64,000 nucleotides of DNA, from the IMG/VR virus record IMGVR_UViG_3300005471_000011, positions 1 to 64,000 of that record, one strand, 5' to 3'. The notes beneath the pieces were generated by a model that had not been told where the DNA came from, made no database searches, and worked only from the letters and a program-made list of their open reading frames with translations. Shown piece after piece: positions 1 through 7,937 of this stretch. How positions within the stretch are numbered: position 1 is the first letter of the stretch; each line of letters begins with the position of its first letter. The translations under genes were made by a program, and so were the position numbers. This stretch comes from a virus.

Positions 1-84
1 TTCCGCGTCAGCTAAAACCGAAAACTCGCGGTCAGTTGCTTCAACTTCTCGACCGACTCGACATCACCCCGGAAGGAAAACCAG

Positions 85-300
85 ATGGCCAAGCGTAAGA
101 CGAAAGTGGAGGCGGTAGCAGCGTGGGCGTTTGAAATAGACAATCCAACGGAGGATCGCAAGGAACTGTGCTATTGGGCACTTCCGAACAAGATCGACTT
201 ACTACGTGAATCTCTGCCGTCGCCAGAAGCTAAGCCGGTTAAGGTTCGCATCATCCGTGATTCCGATTACCGCCGCCTCCTTCGGAGCAAACGCAAATGA
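85..300 (+). CDS. hypothetical protein
   Basis: ORF with a purine-rich RBS; ATGA overlap with the next gene. Confidence 0.6.
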   Translation: MAKRKTKVEAVAAWAFEIDNPTEDRKELCYWALPNKIDLLRESLPSPEAKPVKVRIIRDSDYRRLLRSKRK

Positions 301-713
301 GCAAGCTGCTGACGCGGGAAGAATTGGAGGCGTTTCGAGATGTGGAACCATCGGGACCAAACAGCGACCTTGACGCCATAATCGCCACAGCCAGGCACTA
401 CATGGCCGAGGCCCAGCGGCTCAAGCCAGCAGCCGACGCATGGAACCTGCTGTTTACTTCGCTCGAAGCCCTGACGGAATGCAAGCACGATCCAAAGGCA
501 CCGCGGGACGCGACGATTGATTCCTACATCGAAGTCTATCGGCGGTTGAAAGCGGAAAACCAGCGTCTCGCGGCGGTGGTGGAGAGGGTGAGATTACTGC
601 TCCCGTTTTGGCGAGAGAGCGCGAATGGAATGGAGTTTATTGGACAGTCGCAGTCCTCGCGAACGACGTTGGCCCGAGTCGAGCAACTGCAAGTCGCCCT
701 GGAAACGGAGTAA
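297..713 (+). CDS. hypothetical protein
   Basis: Translationally coupled ORF. Confidence 0.6.
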   Translation: MSKLLTREELEAFRDVEPSGPNSDLDAIIATARHYMAEAQRLKPAADAWNLLFTSLEALTECKHDPKAPRDATIDSYIEVYRRLKAENQRLAAVVERVRLLLPFWRESANGMEFIGQSQSSRTTLARVEQLQVALETE

Positions 714-716
714 GCG

Positions 717-887
717 ATGACAAAGACGTCAATTGAAACGCGAATCGTCAAAGCGATTATCGACGATCTCACTGACCGTCGCGGACTACGGCAAGCGTTC
801 GAGGAATGCGATGAGGAAGTGCAAAAAGAGATTTTCGCGGCATGGAAGAAGACCGTGCGGACGGAATTAAAGAAACCAACGGAGTAA
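717..887 (+). CDS. small hypothetical protein (MTKTSIETRIVKAIIDDLTDRRGLRQ...)
   Basis: 56-aa ORF read manually, filling the gap between neighbours. Confidence 0.55.
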   Translation: MTKTSIETRIVKAIIDDLTDRRGLRQAFEECDEEVQKEIFAAWKKTVRTELKKPTE

Positions 888-988
888 CCGATGGACGCGA
901 AGGAACGCCAATCCCATCTTGCATCCTGCTGCGCTTCGCACGTACACTGACGCCAGTATTTTACACCCGCCACAAAGGAGCCTTGAAA

Positions 989-1423
989 ATGTTGCTTTAC
1001 TTGGGTTTGAGCGTCCTCGTCGTTGCGATCCTGGTCGCGATCAGCTTCCTGTTCATGCTCCGCTGCGGCGTAGCTTGCGCCGCGTCCATGACTTACCTGG
1101 ATTTGCTCAAGGCGCTGTTGTCTCTTGGACCCAAGCTGCCGGCGATCTTGGCCTGGCTCCAGTCGGGGTTTGAGCTGTTCAAGGGGCTGCTGCCATCGGC
1201 AGATACCGGCGAACTGGCGATCACCGAGCTATCCGAGGAAGAGAAGGGTGCCGAGCGGCAGGTCGCGGACATCGTCGCCGGGCCTTCCGGCGCATTCGAT
1301 GGTTCTCGCTTGCGAGCGCTGTTCACGTTTTTGCAGGCCAGCGGTCTGGGGCCGATCCTGATTTCCTTGCTGACCAAGCTGGCAACCGGCGGCATGCTCC
1401 AGGAAAACGACGCCTCTTGCTAA
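989..1423 (+). CDS. membrane protein
   Basis: AAGGAG RBS before ATG 989; N-terminal hydrophobic helix. Confidence 0.65.
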   Translation: MLLYLGLSVLVVAILVAISFLFMLRCGVACAASMTYLDLLKALLSLGPKLPAILAWLQSGFELFKGLLPSADTGELAITELSEEEKGAERQVADIVAGPSGAFDGSRLRALFTFLQASGLGPILISLLTKLATGGMLQENDASC

Positions 1424-1463
1424 GGCGACTCGCGAAAGATCGCAACCACGAAAGGATTTCGCC

Positions 1464-2219
1464 ATGCCTGACTCACTAGAAATGAACACCGACAAGCTCG
1501 ACGACGAACTTGACAAATCAGTGACCGAAGGCGGGCTGATTTTCTGCGGTCAGAACGCGGCAAAGTTCGCGATCAACGGGACACGGTACGCTTGGCCAAA
1601 GAACCTTGGCGCGCCGCTGAAGTGGGCGATAGACTTCTCTCGTCTTGGAACCCTCGGCGGCGCGGACTGCAAGGAAGCGGCGACGGCTTGGTTCAGTGAA
1701 ATCTCTGCTGCGTGCGGTTTGGATTTCACGTACACGTCAAACCCCAAGACGGCGAACCTGCTCTACGTCTCGAAGCGACTGGACGGCCCGAGCGGGGTAC
1801 TCGCTCAAATGGATTTGCCGGTTGGCAATGTCAGCCTTGACAGCCAAATGGTCTGCCAGATGGATGACGGCGAGAACTGGCTGCTATCCGAATCGCAGGT
1901 CCAGGGCGGGATCGACTTCTTCCGCGTTGGATTGCACGAGACGTTGCACGGCGTTGGATTCGGCCATGAGCCCGTGAGCATCAAAGACCCCAGCATCGAG
2001 GCACCGATCTACAACTGGGCGATTCGGCACTTGCAGGTCATCGACAAGAAGGAGTTGGTGATCCGGTACGGCGAGCGAGTTGTCGTTCCATCGGACCCGG
2101 TCATTCCTGCGCCGGTTCCGGGATCGACGCCGATCATTTTGGAGAGCACCCAGATTTTGACGCAGGGTGCAAAGAAGTGGCAAGCCAAGACGACGACGAC
2201 ACTGACTCGCGTTGTTTGA
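1464..2219 (+). CDS. matrixin-family (M10-like) zinc metalloprotease
   Basis: HETLHGVGFGH matches HExxHxxGxxH; also GVLA, DDGENW and L..ID...L...YG motifs. Confidence 0.85.
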   Translation: MPDSLEMNTDKLDDELDKSVTEGGLIFCGQNAAKFAINGTRYAWPKNLGAPLKWAIDFSRLGTLGGADCKEAATAWFSEISAACGLDFTYTSNPKTANLLYVSKRLDGPSGVLAQMDLPVGNVSLDSQMVCQMDDGENWLLSESQVQGGIDFFRVGLHETLHGVGFGHEPVSIKDPSIEAPIYNWAIRHLQVIDKKELVIRYGERVVVPSDPVIPAPVPGSTPIILESTQILTQGAKKWQAKTTTTLTRVV

Positions 2220-2224
2220 AATAC

Positions 2225-2460
2225 CCACCATGAGAGATACCCAGGGCGGCGCTTCGGCGCTGCGGGATTCCTGACGGCGAACGCCGGAAGCCGTCAGCGG
2301 GCAACTGGGGGGACGCAGCCCCAGCCAAAACGAAAACCGGGTTTGGGAGGCACGCGACAACCGATCAGTATTGCTGGCTCCTACTAAGAACAGGCAATGC
2401 TGCTGGATGCCAAATGGCCGCGGAAGCGTGACAGCACTGCTCAGCGGAGAGACGCGGAGC
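2225..2460 (+). ncRNA. putative structured non-coding RNA (multiple hairpins) upstream of the tRNA-like elements
   Basis: Stems GCGGCGC-TTCG-GCGCTGC, CTGACGGC/GCCGTCAG, CTGGGG/CCCCAG and CAGTATTGC/GCAATGCTG; no credible ORF. Confidence 0.5.
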
Positions 2461-2463
2461 TTA

Positions 2464-2603
2464 AGTCGGGGTAGCTCAGGTGGAAGAGCGCCGCCTGTCG
2501 CAGTCGTGGTCGCGGGTTCAAATCCCGCCAGCCTTCGGGCTGTAGCTCAGCCTGGCCAGAGCGCGACAAGCGGAGGTCGCTGGTTCAAATCCAGCCCCCG
2601 GCT
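2464..2603 (+). ncRNA. double-elbow tRNA-like RNA (two D-arms, two T-arms, swapped acceptor strands, no free anticodon loop)
   Basis: Two TAGCTCAG..GAGC D-arms and two TTCAAAT T-loops; 2465-2471 pairs with 2596-2602; CAGCC-TTCG-GGCTG hairpin at 2529-2542. Confidence 0.75.
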
Positions 2604-2706
2604 CTGACTGGCGGTTTTGAAACGTGCGGAAGTAGGGGAGTCGGGAGCGGTAATGCAGCCATCCGCCGAAACCTATATCGAATCTCCCGCCAGCTTTATA
2701 AAATCC

Positions 2707-2790
2707 GGCGCGGTAGCTCAATTGGCAAGAGCACTCGCCTAGTTGACGAAAACGAGAGGTTGCGGTGTTCGAGTCCCGCCCGCGCCACTA
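2707..2790 (+). tRNA. tRNA-like element with an aberrant enlarged anticodon arm (identity unassignable)
   Basis: GGCGCGG/CCGCGCC acceptor stem, canonical D-arm, TTCGAGT T-loop; 4-bp anticodon stem with a 15-nt loop; ends ACTA. Confidence 0.65.
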
Positions 2791-2802
2791 GGAGCCTCAA
2801 AT

Positions 2803-3570
2803 ATGTCGCGACTGCTGATCGTCGCTTTTGCCTTGCTCTACCAGCCAGCAATGGGAGCGGAGCTAAAGCTGGAGGGAAACGCCACGGAGCACAAGCTGGT
2901 CCACGTGACCAGCGACAAGTCTGGGACGTTTGTGGTGATCGGACCAGACCTGCTGACGATGAAGGTCCAGGCGTCGCTGGGTGATTTCAAGATGGGCAGC
3001 ACCAGCTTGAATCTGCGGGAGGCGCTGATCCTGGATGGCGGCAAGAGCGTCGCGTTCACGGGACCGCCGGGTGCCTACGTCGTGCTCCAGGTCGTCCAGG
3101 GCGAGGAGCAGCCGATCCACTTGGTTGTGACCGTCATGCCTTCCGGGGCTGCTACGCCGCCGCCAACGGTGTTCACGCCGCCTCCGCCACCGGTTCCAGA
3201 ATCGCCGCGACCGCCTGCAGCACCAACACCGCTCCAGCTACCAGCAGGCGTTTACGGCTTAGCGAAGTTCGCATTCGACCAAGCGCAGAACGTGCCGATA
3301 GCGGCTAGGAGCAAAGCGGCAGCGCTCGGCGCGAACTTCTACCAAGTTTCCAAGAGCGGCGACCTGGGCAAGTACCCAGACGGGCAGTCCGCGGTCAACG
3401 CGCTGAACTCGCTCAACGAGAAAGTGACGCCCGGCGACGGCCCGTGGTCATCGTTCTTTGACGCGATAAACGTCAGGCTCAAAAGGCTTCACGAAGAAAA
3501 CCAGTTCACCCTTGGTGATTACTTTATCGCCTGGGGCGAAATCGCTGTGGGATTGCAGGCGGTGAAATGA
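2803..3570 (+). CDS. secreted proline-rich protein
   Basis: GGAG RBS, signal-peptide-like N-terminus, Pro-rich linker. Confidence 0.7.
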   Translation: MSRLLIVAFALLYQPAMGAELKLEGNATEHKLVHVTSDKSGTFVVIGPDLLTMKVQASLGDFKMGSTSLNLREALILDGGKSVAFTGPPGAYVVLQVVQGEEQPIHLVVTVMPSGAATPPPTVFTPPPPPVPESPRPPAAPTPLQLPAGVYGLAKFAFDQAQNVPIAARSKAAALGANFYQVSKSGDLGKYPDGQSAVNALNSLNEKVTPGDGPWSSFFDAINVRLKRLHEENQFTLGDYFIAWGEIAVGLQAVK

Positions 3571-3678
3571 TGCCAGCAATAATCCTAGCAGTGGAAGCAT
3601 GCGTCGCGATCATCGTGCTGATCCAAATGGCGTTATCCGACCCGTACCTTGAGAAGCACCACAGCGGGAGGGATTGAC

Positions 3679-4005
3679 TTGAACCCCGTTGCCATCAAGT
3701 GCAAGTCGTCCATCGTTATCCGCTGCCGAGCGTGCGGGACGCACTTCATTGACCATGCACGCTGGAAGTGGAACGGCGACGTGAACAAGCCGACGCTCAC
3801 GCCATCGGTCAAAGAAACGTGCAATGATCCTGGGCATCCGAGCTACCAGCCGCAGGCGAAGTCGAGCTGCTGCCACTTCAACTTGAAGGCAGGAATCATC
3901 ACCTACCACGGCGACTGCTCGCACGGCCTGCGCGGTGACATGCCGCTGGAGCCATTCACGGACGAGCAGATCGCACACTACAATCAGCCGGGATATCAAG
4001 AATGA
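3679..4005 (+). CDS. DUF6527-like Cys/His metal-binding protein
   Basis: CxxC..H, WxWNGD..KPTLTPSV, CHF...G.I.Y..DCSH pattern. Confidence 0.7.
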   Translation: MNPVAIKCKSSIVIRCRACGTHFIDHARWKWNGDVNKPTLTPSVKETCNDPGHPSYQPQAKSSCCHFNLKAGIITYHGDCSHGLRGDMPLEPFTDEQIAHYNQPGYQE

Positions 4006-4277
4006 CAAATTGCGAGGCTGAAAAGCTGCTGGCATTGACCGTTGAAGGCGACGCGATCCGCCGCCTGCTATCCGGCAATGATTCCCAGTGCTTTACGACT
4101 GAGCAATACGGAGAAGCCATCGATGCGGCGATTGCTGTATTTGCCGGCGCTACACGTGAAGAACTCGGTTTAGCGAAACCGGCAGCGGAGGTTCGCCGCC
4201 GTCAGCTCTTGGCATTTTCACCGATCACCGAAGTCAGTCCCGACGTTTGGACCCTGAAGTCCTTGGTTAATCCATGA
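4002..4277 (+). CDS. hypothetical protein
   Basis: Coupled ORF (ATGA overlap). Confidence 0.55.
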   Translation: MTNCEAEKLLALTVEGDAIRRLLSGNDSQCFTTEQYGEAIDAAIAVFAGATREELGLAKPAAEVRRRQLLAFSPITEVSPDVWTLKSLVNP

Positions 4278-4290
4278 ACGGAGTGAGCCG

Positions 4291-6081
4291 ATGCAAACCA
4301 AAAGCGTTGTACGCCAAGTCGCTGAAGTATGGCTGATCGTCGCGGCGTTCATCGGGCTGATGATGCTGCTCGTGGGCGTCAAGCGAGCCCGAGGGGAGGA
4401 TGCCCAGGTGATCGGATTCTCGGCGAGCTGGTGCCCGAATTGTAAGAGTCCCAAGCAGCAGCAGGCGTGGGACACGCTGAAAACAAAAGCCGGCGCAGTG
4501 GTGTATGACATCGACCTCTATCCCGCCGAGGCAGCCAAGTGGCGAGTCTCGGCGGTGCCAACTACGCTCGTGGTGAGCGGGGGCCAAGAGCGGCAGCGGT
4601 TTAATGGCTTCGCACAAAGCGGAGATGTTCTTTCCGTCGTCCATCAGCTTGCCGCGCCGGCACGGGCGGTCCCGCCGGAGCGCAGCGCGCAGCAGGCGCA
4701 CATGCGTCTTGGCTCAAATTTATCCAAGGGATCGCTGCTACTGAGCCTGGGTGCGTCCAAAGCTATCGGGCCACCCGTGCGTCTAATCACAGAATCCGCC
4801 GAATCAGAAATCCGCGCCATGCTGCCGACGACGGACAACGACGCTATCAACGAGCTGCTGGCTGCGCCGGACTTGCTGTTCTACAACGAGCAGGTGATGC
4901 CGCAAGCTTACCAATTCCAAAACTCGTTTCACGATCCGCACCACAACATCGCGGACCCGCGCGAGAACGACAAATTCGGCAACGGCAACCTGGAGTTCCC
5001 GTGGCGCGTTCCCGGCGGCACCGAGAACGTCAAGGGACTGCAAGCGTATCGCTTCGTCCGCTTCCCGCAGAAGGACGACGGCAGCTATTGGCCGATGGTC
5101 ATGTTCGACGCACGCTATCCCGGCGTCCAGACTGGCGAGGCGCGCGGCGCGATTTCTGAGCATCAGTGGATGTACCCGCGCGGCACGGTGTTCGGGGAGC
5201 TACTGTGCATGGAGCACGGCGAGCTGCTTTATCCGTTCGAGTTGCGGCTGCGGTTCCGCGAGTCAACCTACTGGGAAGTGGACGCTTACCGACCGTTTCC
5301 CACGGCTGCCAAGCTGTCCGCGCGGATTAAGGAATTGCGGCCCGAATGGACGGCGGCACCGAAGCTGGCGAGCCTTGTCGAACACCTTGACGGCAGCCAG
5401 CAGATCGTCAATACGCGGTTCAGCGACAGCAACCCTACTCGCAGGGCCTTCTCCACGGTGGGCGGCATCGACGAGCTGCCGCCGATCAACGATGACGAAT
5501 TGGTTGCCGAACTACTGACGCGCGGCAAGTGGCAGAGCGCCGCCGGGGAGAGTTGGAAGACTGTGCGCGGCGTCGAGGCTCACGCGCCGACGGTCGCCAA
5601 GGGCGCAGGATTTCACGTCGTGCCGGAGCAGTATGGGGCGCATGCGTTTGGCGTGGATAGCGTCTCTTGCATGCACTGCCATGAGCACACGGGGATCGCC
5701 GTCCGAAACTTCGCCGCCAATCGTGGTTGGTACGGGCGAATCCGTGGAAGCGACGGGATTATCAGCTTCCACCCGATTGATCCAACGGCGATCTCGGCGA
5801 CCAAAGAGGCTACGCAGTACACGCTGGCAAACTTCGTGTCCAGCTATAAAGAGCGAGGCATGACCTTGACGGAGATTTTGGACCGCCAAGGGAGGTTGGA
5901 TGCCTTCACGTTGACGGTTCCTGGTCAGCGGGCGCAGCGTGTAGAGGCACCGCGAGCTGACGACAATTTGCCAGTGCGCTACCGGCCAGACTTCATTGCG
6001 GCTGGCATCGTGCTGGACTACGATCCCGCCAAGTGCCCCGAGGATCGCTACCAGAGGATCACCATGTTGGGGGTGCGATGA
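4291..6081 (+). CDS. exported thioredoxin-domain protein with a C-terminal c-type heme-binding motif
   Basis: N-terminal TM/signal, FSASWCPNC and VPT thioredoxin motifs, SCMHCHE (CxxCH). Confidence 0.75.
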   Translation: MQTKSVVRQVAEVWLIVAAFIGLMMLLVGVKRARGEDAQVIGFSASWCPNCKSPKQQQAWDTLKTKAGAVVYDIDLYPAEAAKWRVSAVPTTLVVSGGQERQRFNGFAQSGDVLSVVHQLAAPARAVPPERSAQQAHMRLGSNLSKGSLLLSLGASKAIGPPVRLITESAESEIRAMLPTTDNDAINELLAAPDLLFYNEQVMPQAYQFQNSFHDPHHNIADPRENDKFGNGNLEFPWRVPGGTENVKGLQAYRFVRFPQKDDGSYWPMVMFDARYPGVQTGEARGAISEHQWMYPRGTVFGELLCMEHGELLYPFELRLRFRESTYWEVDAYRPFPTAAKLSARIKELRPEWTAAPKLASLVEHLDGSQQIVNTRFSDSNPTRRAFSTVGGIDELPPINDDELVAELLTRGKWQSAAGESWKTVRGVEAHAPTVAKGAGFHVVPEQYGAHAFGVDSVSCMHCHEHTGIAVRNFAANRGWYGRIRGSDGIISFHPIDPTAISATKEATQYTLANFVSSYKERGMTLTEILDRQGRLDAFTLTVPGQRAQRVEAPRADDNLPVRYRPDFIAAGIVLDYDPAKCPEDRYQRITMLGVR

Positions 6082-6458
6082 ACCTACGCCGCTGGATTAG
6101 CGGGCCGCCAAATGCGCCCGGCCTGTGGATCGTCCAATGCAGTACTGGCGATTATGCAGTCTGGAGCGTCAAGATCAGCCTCCCGCCAGCGCCGCCGGAG
6201 CCGAACGACATCGTCAGCGGCGAGCTGACAGTCAAGATCGGTGACAGCGCCGAACAGACCATCGCCACAACCAAAGAACAAACCGAAGTCACTGGGCTGG
6301 AAGGTGCGCAAGGGGATCGCGTGCTCGCTTCCTTTGCCTACATCGACGATGCCGATAATCCTTCCGAGCATCCGTCAACCGTGGATGTCGTGCTGTCTGA
6401 CACGGTCCCGCCCGCCGATCCAGGGACGCTGGGATTGACGGTGACCGGGGAAACCTAG
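6078..6458 (+). CDS. hypothetical beta-rich protein
   Basis: ATGA-coupled ORF ending DTVPPADPG. Confidence 0.6.
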   Translation: MNLRRWISGPPNAPGLWIVQCSTGDYAVWSVKISLPPAPPEPNDIVSGELTVKIGDSAEQTIATTKEQTEVTGLEGAQGDRVLASFAYIDDADNPSEHPSTVDVVLSDTVPPADPGTLGLTVTGET

Positions 6459-6553
6459 TCTTGACCGCCGCACACGTGCCACGGTAGATTTTCGGGCGTA
6501 AGGCTTGCACAGTTTAGTTACCGAAACCCGTTTCCACTTTGGAGGGAATTGAC

Positions 6554-7081
6554 ATGAAGAATCTTCTCAGTATCGCCATCGTGCTCGGCATGAGCGCGGC
6601 GACGTTCGCGATGGAGCCGCTTTTGCTTGGTGTGCCCAGCTACGTTTCGGCCGAAGCCAATGACGCCAGCAACTACCTGATCGCCCTGGCACCGCTCCAA
6701 GCACCGATCCAAAAGCAGCAGCTACAAGCACCCGTGCAAAAGTTGCAGCAAGTCCAAAAGTTGCAGCAGGTGCAAAAGCTCAGCTTGAAGGGTCACAGTT
6801 GCGCCATCTTCCCGGCACGACGGGAGCGGCTGCAGGAGATTCGCGCCACGCGCCAGCAGATTCGCGTCGATGAAGGCGTGCGGTTTCCGCTGCTGCGGCT
6901 CCGCGCCGATGACAGCGACCAGCCCGCTATTGAAGATGCGCAATTCGTGTCGCTCGTAACGCGCGAAGTCCAGGAGCGCACGGTCCAAGAGAACCCCAAC
7001 GGCAGCCAGTGCGGCTCCGATGGGCAATGCAACAGCGGTCAATGCACTGGCGGCGGGCGCGGCTTTTTCCATCGCCGGTAA
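6554..7081 (+). CDS. secreted protein with Q/K repeats and a Cys/Gly-rich tail
   Basis: Signal peptide, QAP(I/V)QK and LQQVQK repeats, three C-terminal Cys. Confidence 0.7.
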   Translation: MKNLLSIAIVLGMSAATFAMEPLLLGVPSYVSAEANDASNYLIALAPLQAPIQKQQLQAPVQKLQQVQKLQQVQKLSLKGHSCAIFPARRERLQEIRATRQQIRVDEGVRFPLLRLRADDSDQPAIEDAQFVSLVTREVQERTVQENPNGSQCGSDGQCNSGQCTGGGRGFFHRR

Positions 7082-7120
7082 ATCAGCTTTCTCGCGTTGC
7101 TTCGGTTTGCTTCAGCCTGG

Positions 7121-7156
7121 AGCGGCCGGCAGATTTCACGCTGCCGGCCGCTTTTT
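7121..7156 (+). terminator. Rho-independent terminator
   Basis: AGCGGCCGGCAG/CTGCCGGCCGCT stem followed by a T-run. Confidence 0.75.
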
Positions 7157-7169
7157 CGTAGGGTGCCAC

Positions 7170-7406
7170 ATGAAAGTCCCCGAGTGGTTTTGGTCGGGAA
7201 TTGTGATTGTCGCTCTTGTGGGCGCGGTCGGATTTACGGCAGAATGGACGCGCGAGGAGCTTACCGAGCAGCGGCACATCAACCAAGCCCAGGCCGATGC
7301 GCTCGCGAGCTTGCTCGTTGAAGTGGACCACTTGAAAGAGGACGTCAAGCGATTGGACGATCAGGGGCTAATGACATGGCGGAGACCGACCAGACAGTGT
7401 CCTTGA
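7170..7406 (+). CDS. small membrane-anchored coiled-coil protein
   Basis: N-terminal TM followed by a heptad pattern. Confidence 0.6.
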   Translation: MKVPEWFWSGIVIVALVGAVGFTAEWTREELTEQRHINQAQADALASLLVEVDHLKEDVKRLDDQGLMTWRRPTRQCP

Positions 7407-7843
7407 AAGAGCACCTGCTCGCGCTGTTGAATGAGCGGCAGTTGCGAACAGATTCGCGATTCGATGCCATCAACCGCATGCTGGACAGCGCCGAGGAGAG
7501 CGTTAAGAGCGAGCTGGCCGCCGCCAACCTGGCGACTCAGACCTCGATGGAGTCCTCTGAGAAGGCGGTGCTCAAAGCGGAAACTGCTGCGGAAAAAAGA
7601 TTTGAAGCCGTAAACGAATTTCGCGCGCAGCTTGCCGATCAACAGGCTACTCTTGCCCGCAAGGCCGAAGTCGAGATCAGGTTCTCCGCATTGGAGGACA
7701 AGCTCAACCGCTCCATCGCGCAGCAGCAGCTCGCCGCCGGCCGGGAAAGCGGCATCGGTTCAGCCTGGAGCGTGGTCATCGTCGTTGCAACGCTGGTCAT
7801 CGCCACGGCGGCTATCGTGGTAACGGTGTTGCTTAAAGGCTAG
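7376..7843 (+). CDS. coiled-coil protein with a C-terminal TM (holin/XhlA-like topology)
   Basis: Long coiled coil plus a single C-terminal hydrophobic helix. Confidence 0.6.
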   Translation: MAETDQTVSLKEHLLALLNERQLRTDSRFDAINRMLDSAEESVKSELAAANLATQTSMESSEKAVLKAETAAEKRFEAVNEFRAQLADQQATLARKAEVEIRFSALEDKLNRSIAQQQLAAGRESGIGSAWSVVIVVATLVIATAAIVVTVLLKG

Positions 7844-7845
7844 CA

Positions 7846-7874
7846 TTGACAAGCCGGTTGGTTTCCTGTAAAAT
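7846..7874 (+). promoter_or_regulatory. sigma70-type promoter
   Basis: TTGACA-N17-TAAAAT. Confidence 0.8.
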
Positions 7875-7937
7875 GCTGGCGTCCAAGGAATGGCGCAACC
7901 AGCGGCGGAGCCGCGGAGCACAAACAGGGGAACCAAA

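Noticed and set aside
2465-2536. Ordinary tRNA-Asp(GTC)
   Set aside because: The acceptor and anticodon stems do not self-pair; better explained as half of the double-elbow RNA.
2734-2756. Amber-suppressor tRNA or stop-codon recoding
   Set aside because: CTAG is not in a canonical 7-nt loop, and TAG, TGA and TAA all behave as normal stops at gene junctions.
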